Shown here: piece after piece, positions 20,901 to 30,060 of the stretch
Layout: the number at the start of each line of letters is the position of its first letter
How positions within the stretch are numbered: the first letter of the stretch is position 1
From: Polyangiaceae bacterium
GTDB taxonomy: Bacteria > Myxococcota_A > Polyangia > Polyangiales > Polyangiaceae
Direction: 5' to 3'
NCBI GenBank assembly: GCA_965222375.1
Contig: CBDCTZ010000008.1
Coordinates: forward strand, 352,001-416,000
Length of the DNA: 64,000 bases
Translations under genes and position numbers: made by a program
The notes under the pieces: model-generated
The model's database searches: none
What the model saw: only the letters and a program-made list of their open reading frames with translations
What the model was told of the DNA's origin: nothing

Positions 20901-22193
20901 GAGACCTACGAATACGGCGATCTCGTGGTCGGAAAGTTGGAGGGCGACAAGGTCACCTGGGCCAGTGTGGACGGACTGCCGGCCGTAGACGAGTCCCTCG
21001 AGCCCGGTGCCGTGGGCGGCCCGCCCGACCCGTTTTTGTTCGACATCACGGGCTTCCGCAATGGTCTGACGGAGCCCGGAGACGATGTCGGCCTGTGGAC
21101 AAGCATCGCCGTTATCGAGGACCAACCAGCCGTGGCGTACTACGACGCTACGAATCGCGCGCTGCGCTACGCACGCTTCGACGGCAAGGCGTGGAGCAGC
21201 CACGAGGTCCAGGCCGTCGACAAGGCCGACATCGGGCGCTACGCCAAACTGCTCAACGTCGACGGCAAACCGGTGATCGCGTTTTTGGCGATCGAAGCCG
21301 GCGGTACTGACGGCATGGCCAAAAGCACAGTTCGCGTGGCGACTGCAAGCAGTGGCTCTCCCGGCGCAGCCGCCGACTGGACCTTCGAAGACGCCGCTGT
21401 CGATGCGCTGACGCCGTGCAACGCAGCGCTGTGCGGCGGAGACAGCTGCGTGACCAAGACGGGCAAATGCTCGACCAAGATCGGCGGCTGCGATCCCAAA
21501 TGCGGAACCGGAGAAGCCTGCGTGGACATCGGCGCGGGCGCGACCTGTGAGGCGATCGATGATCCTGCGGCTCCGTCCACCTATCCCGAGGCAGCTGGGC
21601 TCTATATCGCCCTTTCCAAGACGGGTTCCGGGCTGGGCGTCGCTTATTACGACCGCATTCACGGCAACATGATGGCGGTACGCAAGGACGGCGGCACCTG
21701 GCAGCCCCCGGTGCTCGTGGATGGCCAAACCACCGGCCCGAACGGGCCCGTGGACAGCGGCGACGTTGGCCTGGGTGCGGGGCTGTTTGTGGACAGCGCC
21801 GGAGACTGGCATCTGTCCTACGTCAACGGCTTCGACGAAACTCTGATCTACATGAAACTCGCCGGGGGCACGACTCCCGGAGCCCCAGAGGTCGTGGACG
21901 ACGGCTCCACGGCGGATGGCCAGGCCGTGGTTGGCGATGACTCGTCGATCTTCGTCACCTCCTCGGGCGAAGTGCGCATCGCCTACCAAGACGCGACCAA
22001 CGGTACCTTGCGTTGGGCGATCGGTACGCCCAACGGAGCCACGCACACCTGGACGAAGAAGAACCTGACCGTACCGGGCTTCTCCGGCGGCTTCAATCAG
22101 ATCTTGGACGTCGGAGGCGCTAGCAAGATCGTGTCGTTCTGGCGGGAAGCCAAACCGAAGACCCGTGGCGACGTCGCCGTCGTTTCCCCCTGA
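17940..22193 (+). CDS. Large lipoprotein: BPI/LBP-like domains, Ig-like domains, internal MYXO-CTERM, second lipobox, beta-propeller
   Basis: Lipobox FAGC; VRLTESGLKFI; LALSERYMNYALGAVYNSG; YQYRVNGGIWHPW...DKTAP; GCNC...FPALLALGLGLFARR; VAMMAVAMSYSGCSC; about 7 propeller-type repeats. Confidence 0.85.
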   Translation: MPRWLKHIFCVVCLVVFAGCAGSCSSCSGCGMTPLDGGFPNEKRIENAASVRLTESGLKFIGDNLGAIAPNLLGDVAQGNAGVVTFNVPPVNQPIKDPILGIEIGKAKVCTGGSKPNANPPECVVEADLGKAKLTLATKVPHNLTIKGTLAVRLQKAPFTALGLSSEIVLTKGASCSQRDYAEIPLDVDISIEVDDDPNHGGRQGYSRLKIAKLDISQTAIENSVGFCGGGIATWIFNLVKGPIVGGVVGGLTDTVKDAVEEQLCTSRDPAAGITCPKGSVPDKDDVCRYCNPDANGICQDTKTECVSLALGIDGNFNLSQALSSLSPGTKGGFDFMMAVGGEGLRDDSSGFSWGDLNPTPSAPGATMGLMGGTEPKPVTQCVPIAALTQPTGIPIPDELTANTLAGWTGEGPHLGLALSERYMNYALGAVYNSGALCLGIGSSTLGSLLSSDTVGLLIPSLKDLARQRKAAPLALVLRPQQPPVATVGNGTDIKTDPLLGIALDKLSIDFYVWSNDRFIRGFTATFDVVAPVNLDVTSEGLAPVIDEVQINNPEITNGPLLREDTASAAKALAGIVGSQIGGALGGAIDPINLNDQLSSVGLTLDIPPTVQGQGSPGLRKLEKGTDRFLGIFAALGVAPPATNSVAEFQLETLAEVREKRVTKDGLTLPTLTEENHPVVVVRASSPQDNGAQRVEYQYRVNGGIWHPWTFKKDLEIRTPDLLLQANHYVEVRSRVEGKPHSMDSSPVRLDFRIDKTAPFVDLGRRPKAGKVDVFVRDTVSSRDKVRVRYALDEDAFNEWGPADQLSNIEVGAAAQVRIEAVDEEGNVASVSQGLIRGKEDASLGNDSGCNCALVGTNAGGSSPLRYGFPALLALGLGLFARRCARNRPRPERKNPATLRRARTLSGVAMMAVAMSYSGCSCGDDGDSKGNGGSGGKPAGSCPDAEDCELLEPGLIGAYASATVAADGTVWVSAYNDFGYGVADSYEETYEYGDLVVGKLEGDKVTWASVDGLPAVDESLEPGAVGGPPDPFLFDITGFRNGLTEPGDDVGLWTSIAVIEDQPAVAYYDATNRALRYARFDGKAWSSHEVQAVDKADIGRYAKLLNVDGKPVIAFLAIEAGGTDGMAKSTVRVATASSGSPGAAADWTFEDAAVDALTPCNAALCGGDSCVTKTGKCSTKIGGCDPKCGTGEACVDIGAGATCEAIDDPAAPSTYPEAAGLYIALSKTGSGLGVAYYDRIHGNMMAVRKDGGTWQPPVLVDGQTTGPNGPVDSGDVGLGAGLFVDSAGDWHLSYVNGFDETLIYMKLAGGTTPGAPEVVDDGSTADGQAVVGDDSSIFVTSSGEVRIAYQDATNGTLRWAIGTPNGATHTWTKKNLTVPGFSGGFNQILDVGGASKIVSFWREAKPKTRGDVAVVSP

Positions 22194-22213
22194 ACCAAGC
22201 TACGCGTCGGGGC

Positions 22214-22483
22214 TCAGGCTGCCACGGTGGCTGCGTCGGGCTCCGACGTGAACATCGCCGTCGCCGGTCCGTCCGCTACGCGGCGCTCTTCTGCCACGAG
22301 GGACAGCAATTCGTTCTTGTCGGCGATGCCGGCTTCCAGCATGAGCCGCATGTAGCCATCTACGTAGCCGTGGGCGCGAGCCAGGCGTGCGTACGCCACG
22401 CCGTCCGTGCGTAGGCGAAACACGTCGCGCAACATCAGGCGAAGGTTGTCGAACATCTCATTTTTGGTCTGGGTCGAAGACAT
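22214..22483 (-). CDS. Small hypothetical helical protein (89 aa)
   Basis: GGGAG/AAGGAG SD before ATG 22483; MSSTQTKNEMFDNLRLMLRD...RAHGYVDGYMR. Confidence 0.75.
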   Translation of the reverse strand: MSSTQTKNEMFDNLRLMLRDVFRLRTDGVAYARLARAHGYVDGYMRLMLEAGIADKNELLSLVAEERRVADGPATAMFTSEPDAATVAA

Positions 22484-22701
22484 GCTCCCGAAACTCCTTG
22501 GCCGCTCGAACTGCCTCGCTGGCCTTGACGATCTGGGTATCGGGTCAGCGCGTTCCGGGCCAAGTTTTGACGAACGAGCGCGCCGCTGACGCAGCGCAGC
22601 ACCTACATGCACTCCAACCAGGCGCCCCAATCGACAGCAAATATTGGTCGACGCGACAATGTGTAGCGGAACGCGTGGCGTTCGGATATCGGAAGGACCC
22701 G

Positions 22702-23847
22702 ATGACCGCTCCGAGCCCCGCCTCGCTCGTCCCCGAGCTCGAAAGCCACGAGACCCTCCCGGCAATCGTGGCTGCGCTGCGTGAGCATCTACTAGGCGTG
22801 CCCACGCAGCGTCGCAGCGAGATCCTGAGCGTCGGCGCCGGGGAGATCGATCTCGACGTGGACGCCATGCAGACGCCGTGGGGCAACGTGCGGGAGATCC
22901 TCAGCGCGGGACCGAGTTCGGCAACGGCGCGCGCGCTGCTTGCGGCTGGCGTCGCACTCGCTGTGCGCGAAGACTTTCCCAGTGCACCCGAAACCGAGAA
23001 GCAGCGCGTCAAGGAGCTCATCGCTCTCGCTGCGCATCATCACATGGACGCCTTGTCCGCCATCGACCTGGCCCTGGGCGAGGGTGCCGCCTCGTTCTGG
23101 TCCGGCGCTGCGAGCAGCTTGGGCGAGCTCAGTCCCGCGGAGGCCGTGGTCGCCGTGTTGGCGCTCAAGCAAAGCCCAAGCGAGGTCGCTCAGAGTGCCG
23201 TGCTGAAGTTGTCCGAGTCGGAAACGGACAACACACTTCTCAAAGCGCTCCTGGTGGCTCCGTCTAGCGAGGTCAAGCGCCTCAGCGGAGAGTTGAGTCC
23301 GTCGCCACGGCATCCTGCGTTAACGGTACTGTTGGCCATCACAGGACTCCTGTTCGTGATCGCTGTCGTGCGCCTGCTGGGCCGCTTGGCCCTGGCCTAT
23401 CGCCGCCCCGCGGAGCTGACCATCACCGAGCGCGGGGTCGAAGTGCTGTACCGCACCGAGTTGCTCGGTCGCGTGCTGCGGGACCGCTCCACCCTGGTGC
23501 CCCTTTCCAACATCGCCAAGCTCACCCGGGAAGTGCGTTTCACCCGCACTGGCTTGTACCTAGGACTGATTGCGCTCTGCCTGGGCACCTACCTGGGCAT
23601 GGGCCTACTCGTCGATGGTGCCCGTGTGCCCGGCACTTCCCCGCCCCTGCTCGGCTTAGGCCTGTTGATCATCGGGATCGGCGTGGCGTTGGACTTTGGC
23701 CTCTCGCTGCTGAGCGACGAGGCCCGGGGGCGCTGCCGCCTCGTGGTGGTCCCCCGCAAGGGCCCCAGCTTGTGCGTCGGTGCCCTCGATCCCGCTCGGG
23801 CGGACGCACTGCTGCAGACCGTCGCAAAGCGGGCCGCCCAAGGCTGA
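22702..23847 (+). CDS. Hypothetical membrane protein (three TM helices, PH-like beta segments)
   Basis: SD AAGGA before ATG 22702; helical N-domain; three hydrophobic stretches. Confidence 0.75.
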   Translation: MTAPSPASLVPELESHETLPAIVAALREHLLGVPTQRRSEILSVGAGEIDLDVDAMQTPWGNVREILSAGPSSATARALLAAGVALAVREDFPSAPETEKQRVKELIALAAHHHMDALSAIDLALGEGAASFWSGAASSLGELSPAEAVVAVLALKQSPSEVAQSAVLKLSESETDNTLLKALLVAPSSEVKRLSGELSPSPRHPALTVLLAITGLLFVIAVVRLLGRLALAYRRPAELTITERGVEVLYRTELLGRVLRDRSTLVPLSNIAKLTREVRFTRTGLYLGLIALCLGTYLGMGLLVDGARVPGTSPPLLGLGLLIIGIGVALDFGLSLLSDEARGRCRLVVVPRKGPSLCVGALDPARADALLQTVAKRAAQG

Positions 23848-24004
23848 CTCCCCGGCCGATTGGTTTTTTGGGTCGCGGACTTGAAGCGGCGCTGGGGCCT
23901 GCCTCTCGCGCTAGGTCGAGAGGCGCTCCGAGTGCGCCAGGGCGAGACGCGCGCAGCCACTCGCGGCAGGGCTCGACCAAACAAACAACCCTGCCTGCCA
24001 GTGA

Positions 24005-25447
24005 TCAGTCCCTGGCCGCATCCGGGGGCTCGGGGGCCGCTGCCGCTTCCCGCGCTGTCGGTGCCGCAGCTGCCCCCGCATCGAGACCTGCGTCCGCGGC
24101 AGCAGCTGCCTTCTTCTTCTTGGCTTCTTTGGCCAGCTGTTCGGCGTAGCCGCTGATGGCCTCGAGCAGACTTCCTAGCTGCTTGGGAGTCGCAACCACC
24201 TTGCCGTGGATCTGCTTGCCCTTCGAAGTGAAGGCCACGGGTTCCACCAGCTTCACTTCGTCCCCGAGGAGAAAGCGCGCCGCCTTTCCGAAAACGCCGC
24301 CCTTTTTCGTGAGGTCGATCCGGGTGACCGTGTTCAAGCGCGTCGTTAGCAGCTGGGCGTTTTGTTTCGCTGCCGCTTCGGACTCGTCCTCCGCCACGAG
24401 CTCTGCGTAGGCACCGCCGTTGTCCGTCGGTACGATTTTCATGCGCACCCATTTGATCGACTTCGGGACCTGAAACGGGATCCCCCGGAATGCCCGCCAG
24501 GGCGTTATCACGTAGGTGGTCAGCGCCTCCTTGCCCTTCGGACGGGGGAATCTCAGGCTCTTGCCGACTTTCAACGCGTGATCAGCGGCACTCGGCGGCG
24601 TCACGACGACGATGCCCGGACGAGGCAGCACGAACACTCGCTCGGCACGATCCGCTTTAGCTCGGGCTGCTGACACCCCCGCGTCGAGCCAGCCACCAGC
24701 TGGATCTCTATTGACCAACGCATCAACGGCAGCCTTCACCCGGGTCGGATCCGCGCTGACTTTGAGGACCGCAACCACGCTGGACGAATCTTTCAACTGC
24801 GGCCCCGCAATCAGGACACGGTCGACGTCATTGACGGGATCCAGCCCACCTGGACCAAAGAAGTCTTTCCATTGCTCCGCCGCACCCAACAGGGTGCCAA
24901 TACGTTTTCCGAGTGGGTGAGAGCGGATGCGATCGTTGAAGATCAGCAGACGCACATTGGCGTTGGCGTCCGTGACCTTGCCGGCGCTGCCCGCCATCGC
25001 CACGGGGTCGCCAACGGAAGTTCCATTCTTGGGAGGCTTTGGCTTGTCGTCCGCACCTTCGTCGTCGCTGCCTTCCTCTTCGGGTTTATCCGGCACACTC
25101 AATGCCGTGTCATCGTCGTCGTCGTCCTCTAGTTCGTCGAAAGGATCCGTGTCGTCTTCCGCGCTCTCTTCACCCGGCTTGGCGCCGACTGCCTTGTCGC
25201 CTTCGCCGTCTTCCACGCCCACGGGGCCGAAGGCGTCGTCGGTGAGTAGGTCGACGGGAATAGCCGTGATGGGCGGCGCGGCCGGACCCGGGTCCTCCGT
25301 GGGGGCCTCGGCCAGCATACTGATCAATCCGAGCACCGCTGCGGCAGGAGTTAGCGGTACGTGCGCAAACAGGCTGAAGGCCAGCATGCGCCAAAACCGG
25401 CTGCTGCTTGTGTCTCGCTGGCCACGCCAGCTTGGACGACTGTCCAC
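24005..25447 (-). CDS. Hypothetical membrane-anchored protein with an acidic linker (start uncertain)
   Basis: Hydrophobic FSLFAHVPLTPAAAVLGLISML, Asp/Glu-rich linker, globular C-domain. The ORF-track extension to 25918 overlaps the divergent gene. Confidence 0.7.
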   Translation of the reverse strand: MDSRPSWRGQRDTSSSRFWRMLAFSLFAHVPLTPAAAVLGLISMLAEAPTEDPGPAAPPITAIPVDLLTDDAFGPVGVEDGEGDKAVGAKPGEESAEDDTDPFDELEDDDDDDTALSVPDKPEEEGSDDEGADDKPKPPKNGTSVGDPVAMAGSAGKVTDANANVRLLIFNDRIRSHPLGKRIGTLLGAAEQWKDFFGPGGLDPVNDVDRVLIAGPQLKDSSSVVAVLKVSADPTRVKAAVDALVNRDPAGGWLDAGVSAARAKADRAERVFVLPRPGIVVVTPPSAADHALKVGKSLRFPRPKGKEALTTYVITPWRAFRGIPFQVPKSIKWVRMKIVPTDNGGAYAELVAEDESEAAAKQNAQLLTTRLNTVTRIDLTKKGGVFGKAARFLLGDEVKLVEPVAFTSKGKQIHGKVVATPKQLGSLLEAISGYAEQLAKEAKKKKAAAAADAGLDAGAAAAPTAREAAAAPEPPDAARD

Positions 25448-25622
25448 GCCTCTCACGATAGCTCTGTCCAGTTTGACGGGCGAGACGGCGTGTTGGGTGC
25501 ATGGCACGGAACTTCCAGTCAAGATCACCGTATTTGTACGTTTTCCGGCCCGCGGGCCGAATCTAGAGAGCAACAAAGTGGTTCGACGACAGCTGTTCTG
25601 GGTAGTAAGCCGGCTGGGCTTC

Positions 25623-27323
25623 ATGTCCCGCGTGTATCGAGTCAGTCGCGTCGTTGTGCTCGCCGCCCTGGTCCCGTTGGCCTGCGAGCGCAAAGCGCCT
25701 CCCGGGGGAGAACCCGACCCCAGCGCATCGGCTCGCCCGTCCGGGGCCAGCGGGGTCCCAGGAGATCCGACCCTGCCTGACGAGCTGACGCCCAAGCCCA
25801 GCGCGAGCAATGCGGAGGTGCCGGACGCCGCCCCTGTCGAGCACAAGGGCCCATGGTTCGTCGTGACGTCAGCCGCGGCGGGGGTGTATCGCAAACCCCA
25901 CTTCGATCGCTCAGACAAGATCGGCTACGTGCGCAACGGCGGCAAAGTCGGGGTACAGGAAAAGCCGGTCTCCACAGACAAGTGCAAGAAGGGATGGCTC
26001 GAAGTCGTGGGCGGTGGCTATTTGTGCGCCAACCTGGGCACCACGGATCTGAAGCACCCCCAGGTCAAATTCGCCCTCAAGCGCCCGGACAAAGACGAGG
26101 TGCTGCCCTACACCTACGCGCGGAATGCGAAGAATGGCACTCCCCTCTACAAGAGCGTTCCGTCTCGCGAGCAGATGTATCACTACGAGCCGTACCTCGC
26201 CGCGGCGAAGAAGGCGAAGCAAGACAAGGCGAAGCGAGAGAAAGAAGAGAAGGCCAAGGCGGCCGCGCAGGACACCGGCTCCGAGCGGGTGACCCCGGCA
26301 TCCACGTCGCCAGACGCTGGTCTAATGCTTCGGTCCTCGCCCGACGCAGGCGTTGCCGTGGTGGGGGACGCCGCAGCTGAAGTTCCCAAAGTACCTTGGT
26401 GGCAGCGGGAGAACGCAAAGGACTCCCTGCACGAAGTCACGCTGGAAGAGCTGGCGGCAGAGAGCGACGACATCCTGGCCAAGCGCATGGTTTCCGGCTT
26501 CTACGTGGCCGTGGACAAGACATTCCGCTGGAACAAGCGCACTTGGTACAAGACGACCCGAGGCTTGGTCGCCCCGGCGGATCGCTTCTGGCAGACCGCC
26601 GGCTCCAAGTTCCAAGGCGTGGAGCTGGAGGGCGGCGACTGGAAATTGCCGATCGCTTGGGTGTACGGCGGCCGAAAGAAGGCGCCCACCTACGAGATGG
26701 AGTCGGAGGATGGCCCCCCGAAGCCGGCTAAGTCCGTCAAGTCGTTCACGGCAATTCAGCTCACGGGTCGCGAGCGAAAAGTCGGAAAGACCCACTACCT
26801 GGAAACCAAAGACAACACCTGGATCAAACGCTTGCACGTGCGGGTGACCCGACCCGGGCCTCCACCGAAGGATCTGGCTCCGAATGAAAAGTGGGTGGAC
26901 GTCAACCTGAAGAGCCAGACCCTGGTTGCCTACCGCGGCACCACGCCGGTGTTCGCCACCCTGATCTCATCTGGGAAGCGGTCGAGCAGGAAAGAAAAAG
27001 ACCATCGCACGCCCACGGGCGAGTGGCGGGTTCGCGAGAAGCACATCACCACCACGATGGACGGCAACGGCACGGCGGCGGGGGATCTGCCCTACAGCAT
27101 CGAAGACGTGCCCTACGTGATGTACTATTACAATTCCTACGCGATCCACGGGGCGTTCTGGCATCGCAATTACGGAATTCGAATGAGCCACGGTTGCGTC
27201 AATCTCTCCCCCTTGGATGCCAAACGAGTCTTCTTCCTGACGGATCCTCCCGTGGCAGAAGGCTTCCACGGGGCGTGGTCGAGCAAAGACAGACCCGGCA
27301 GTCGCATCATCGTGCACGAATGA
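25623..27323 (+). CDS. L,D-transpeptidase (YkuD family) lipoprotein
   Basis: Lipobox PLAC; WVDVNLKSQTL, TPTGEW, HGAFWH...SHGCVN catalytic motif. Confidence 0.93.
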   Translation: MSRVYRVSRVVVLAALVPLACERKAPPGGEPDPSASARPSGASGVPGDPTLPDELTPKPSASNAEVPDAAPVEHKGPWFVVTSAAAGVYRKPHFDRSDKIGYVRNGGKVGVQEKPVSTDKCKKGWLEVVGGGYLCANLGTTDLKHPQVKFALKRPDKDEVLPYTYARNAKNGTPLYKSVPSREQMYHYEPYLAAAKKAKQDKAKREKEEKAKAAAQDTGSERVTPASTSPDAGLMLRSSPDAGVAVVGDAAAEVPKVPWWQRENAKDSLHEVTLEELAAESDDILAKRMVSGFYVAVDKTFRWNKRTWYKTTRGLVAPADRFWQTAGSKFQGVELEGGDWKLPIAWVYGGRKKAPTYEMESEDGPPKPAKSVKSFTAIQLTGRERKVGKTHYLETKDNTWIKRLHVRVTRPGPPPKDLAPNEKWVDVNLKSQTLVAYRGTTPVFATLISSGKRSSRKEKDHRTPTGEWRVREKHITTTMDGNGTAAGDLPYSIEDVPYVMYYYNSYAIHGAFWHRNYGIRMSHGCVNLSPLDAKRVFFLTDPPVAEGFHGAWSSKDRPGSRIIVHE

Positions 27324-27399
27324 TGCGCGCGCTTGTCGTTGCCGCTTCGACGAACATCTACCCCTTGACGTCCGCTTGAGTCGGCTACACTAGCCCGGA

Positions 27400-28383
27400 A
27401 TGGATCAGTTCTCGGCACACCTCGATCGGGGGTGGGATCTCGTGCAGCGGGGCGATTCCGTCGGCGCAGAAATCAGCGCCCGTCGCGCGCTCGAAATCGA
27501 CAACCAATCTCCCGAGGCCTACAACCTGCTCGGCTACGTGGCTGCACTGCAGGGCGAGTTCGAGGACGCCGCTGAACACTACAGAACTGCCATCAGCCTC
27601 GACGACACCTACTTCGAAGCGATGCTCAACGCCGCGGAGATCTTCATCCATCCGCTCGGTGACATTCCCGAGGCACTGGACCTCTGCGACCAAGCTCTCG
27701 ACCTCGCTGAGAACGACGGGGAGCGCGTCGACGCCTTACTGCTGAAGTTCGACGCCATGCTGGCATCGGGCGACGCGGCAGAGGCGAAACGAATCTGCCT
27801 ATCGTTTCCACCAGGCCCCTACGAAAACCCCATGCATTCGTTTTTGCTGGCGCGGGCCTACTACGAAGCGGGTGATATCGAACGTGCTCAGCCGCTGATT
27901 GAGGCCGCAGTCAAGTCGGGGCCGGGCAATCCGGAGGCCTGGTACTACCTGGGTTTGATCCGCGACGATCGCGGCCACACCACCCTTGCGACTCAGGCTT
28001 TCCTGAGTTCGCGCCTTCTCGATTTGGAAATCCCGCCTCCACCTTGGACGCTGACTCGCGAGACGTTCGAAGACACGGTTCGGAAGGGCGTGGCGTCTCT
28101 GCCGCCGGAGCTGTCTCAGTTTCTTCGCGCTGAGGAGGTCTTTGTCGCTGAGGTACCTGGAGTCGAGGTCGTGGCCGACGGTGTCGACCCCCGAGCCTTG
28201 CTGCTTTTGGATGGGCTAATCTCCAAGCCGGGGCAGAAACCATCTGCACGAGTGATCGTGTATCAGCGGAACGTGGAACGACTCGCTGGTTCGGTGGATG
28301 CGGTTGCCGGAGAAATCACCGCCGCGCTGACGCGCGAAGTCACGGCGTCATTCATAGAAACTCGACCACCCCTCAGCGACTGA
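27400..28383 (+). CDS. TPR protein with a degenerate C-terminal minimal-zincin domain
   Basis: TPRs (PEAYNLLG, PEAWYYLG); FEDTVRKGVASLP...RVIVYQRNVER; the expected HExxH position reads REVTA. Confidence 0.8.
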   Translation: MDQFSAHLDRGWDLVQRGDSVGAEISARRALEIDNQSPEAYNLLGYVAALQGEFEDAAEHYRTAISLDDTYFEAMLNAAEIFIHPLGDIPEALDLCDQALDLAENDGERVDALLLKFDAMLASGDAAEAKRICLSFPPGPYENPMHSFLLARAYYEAGDIERAQPLIEAAVKSGPGNPEAWYYLGLIRDDRGHTTLATQAFLSSRLLDLEIPPPPWTLTRETFEDTVRKGVASLPPELSQFLRAEEVFVAEVPGVEVVADGVDPRALLLLDGLISKPGQKPSARVIVYQRNVERLAGSVDAVAGEITAALTREVTASFIETRPPLSD

Positions 28384-28918
28384 GTTCGACGCGGGCAAGC
28401 TGCTCCGCATCGACCTTGGCCGTGGACAGCAGCGCCTTGAGCAACTGTCGACCCATTCTGGCCAACGCCAACAGCGCCTCGATGCGCTGTTTCTGAAGTC
28501 GCGCGCGGCGCTTGGTCTCCTCCGAATCCGAGGCGAGCGCGTCCGAGAGGGAGGCGAGCGCCTGCTCGCAGGCGTCCACCGCCGCGTCGATTTCCGTCAG
28601 TTCGCGCTCCGAAAGCACACGGGAGATCATCTTCCAAAGCTGGACCTCAGCCGCGAAGTGGTCACGACGGTCGCCAGGTACCCACTTCTTCTGCACGACC
28701 CCCCAACGCAACAACTCGTTCAACGTCATGCTCACGGCGCCGCTGGAGAGCTTGAGGCGCCGCTGAAGATCCTTGGCCGTCAAGGCGTCCGGGGAGAGAT
28801 ACAGCACAGCCCAGATGCGACCCATGTTCCGCTTGAAACCCCAAAACTCCATCAGGCGACCAACGACGTCACTGACGATGACCTCGCTCTGCCAGAGTTC
28901 TGGTTCGCGGGGACTCAT
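28373..28918 (-). CDS. GbsR/MarR-family transcriptional regulator
   Basis: FWGFKRNMGRIWAVLYLS, LSSGAVSMTLNELLRWGVV, GDRRDHF. Confidence 0.88.
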   Translation of the reverse strand: MSPREPELWQSEVIVSDVVGRLMEFWGFKRNMGRIWAVLYLSPDALTAKDLQRRLKLSSGAVSMTLNELLRWGVVQKKWVPGDRRDHFAAEVQLWKMISRVLSERELTEIDAAVDACEQALASLSDALASDSEETKRRARLQKQRIEALLALARMGRQLLKALLSTAKVDAEQLARVELSR

Positions 28919-28922
28919 CGGC

Positions 28923-29972
28923 CTACACCGCTCGTTCGACGAGACCTGTCGCCACGCCTTCGAGCAGCAGTCGCGCGGGCGTCTTGGCAACGCCTCGCAG
29001 AGCGGCCAGCGCTTCTGCGGTGAAGTTCTCCGCGCGGCGCCGAACTTCGTCACAGGCACCCGAACTGCGGACAGCGCTGCTGACGGCTTGCACGGGCTCC
29101 AGATCGCCAGCGTGGATCCGTTTAAGGGAAGCCAGCAATTCCGGCTTGTCGGCGCAGGTGAGGACCAGGGGCAGGGTCAGCTTGCCTTCGCTCAGGTCGG
29201 CCAGAGGGGTCTTTCCGGTGCCTTGTTCCGAGTAGTCCAGGAGATCGTCCACGAGTTGGAAGGCCACACCAAGGCGTTCGCCGAACTCCCCCATTCGCTC
29301 CACGCTTTCAGCGTCCGCGCCCGCCAGGCTTGCGCCGGCGCGAGTCGCCCAGCCAAATAGGGACGCTGTCTTGTCCTGGAGAATGCGCTCGTAAGTGGCT
29401 TCAGAAGGATCAAGAGCGACGCGGCCTCGCAGCTGCACCACCTCGCCCTCGACCAAGCGACGCAACGTCGCCAGTAGGCCGGGAAGTAACGCCGGCGCAT
29501 GCTGCTCGGTGAGTTCCAGGGCGCGCACCAGCAGGAGGTCGCCGGCCAAGACACTGACCGCGTTTCCCCAAACCCGGCGCGCGGTCGGTTGTCCGCGGCG
29601 TTCGTCCCCGTCGTCGATCACGTCGTCGTGCATCAGTGTTGCCGAATGCACCAGCTCGACGACCACCGCAATTTGATGAGCCTGGGGCTCCGGCGGAGCG
29701 AAGCAAGCGTGCGCCAGCAGCAGTGCCAGTGGGCGGATCCGCTTGCCCCCTCCGCCGACCAAATGGCGAGCCGCGCTGCGCGCCGGCTCGGGCCCCGACT
29801 CTGTCGATTGTCGCAGCACTTCGCGCACCGACTCCATGTCGTCCGCGACAAGGGTCTGGATGTCCCCCACACGACTGAGCACTTCAGGGGGCGCGCGCCC
29901 GGTTCCGCTGCTTTCGAGCAGGGATAGGGAGCGGGCGAACTCGCCGTTCGAATTCCCGTTCGACTTCTTCAA
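28923..29972 (-). CDS. Polyprenyl diphosphate synthase (IspB-like)
   Basis: GGKRIRP, HDDVID...RRG, KTASLF, FQLVDDLLD, GKLTLP. Confidence 0.95.
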   Translation of the reverse strand: MKKSNGNSNGEFARSLSLLESSGTGRAPPEVLSRVGDIQTLVADDMESVREVLRQSTESGPEPARSAARHLVGGGGKRIRPLALLLAHACFAPPEPQAHQIAVVVELVHSATLMHDDVIDDGDERRGQPTARRVWGNAVSVLAGDLLLVRALELTEQHAPALLPGLLATLRRLVEGEVVQLRGRVALDPSEATYERILQDKTASLFGWATRAGASLAGADAESVERMGEFGERLGVAFQLVDDLLDYSEQGTGKTPLADLSEGKLTLPLVLTCADKPELLASLKRIHAGDLEPVQAVSSAVRSSGACDEVRRRAENFTAEALAALRGVAKTPARLLLEGVATGLVERAV

Positions 29973-30060
29973 AGCTTATTGAAACTAGCGCCGGCGGTGA
30001 CGTGGGTCAATTATGGCCAGAATTGACGCCGCGCCCCGGAGAAGGCTACGCAAGGCCGTG

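Noticed and set aside
20226..22046. 606-aa minus-strand ORF
   Set aside because: Antisense shadow of the large lipoprotein gene; no recognisable motifs.
25502..25535. TGGCACGGAACTTCCA as a sigma54 site, or GGAAC-N16-CGTA as an ECF site, upstream of the L,D-transpeptidase
   Set aside because: The -12 element is TTCC rather than TTGC, and such short motifs can arise by chance; not supportable without data.
24927..25918. Apparent ~1-kb overlap of two long divergent ORFs
   Set aside because: The signal/TM sequences place the real starts at about 25447 (-) and 25623 (+). The extensions are stop-free shadow frames.
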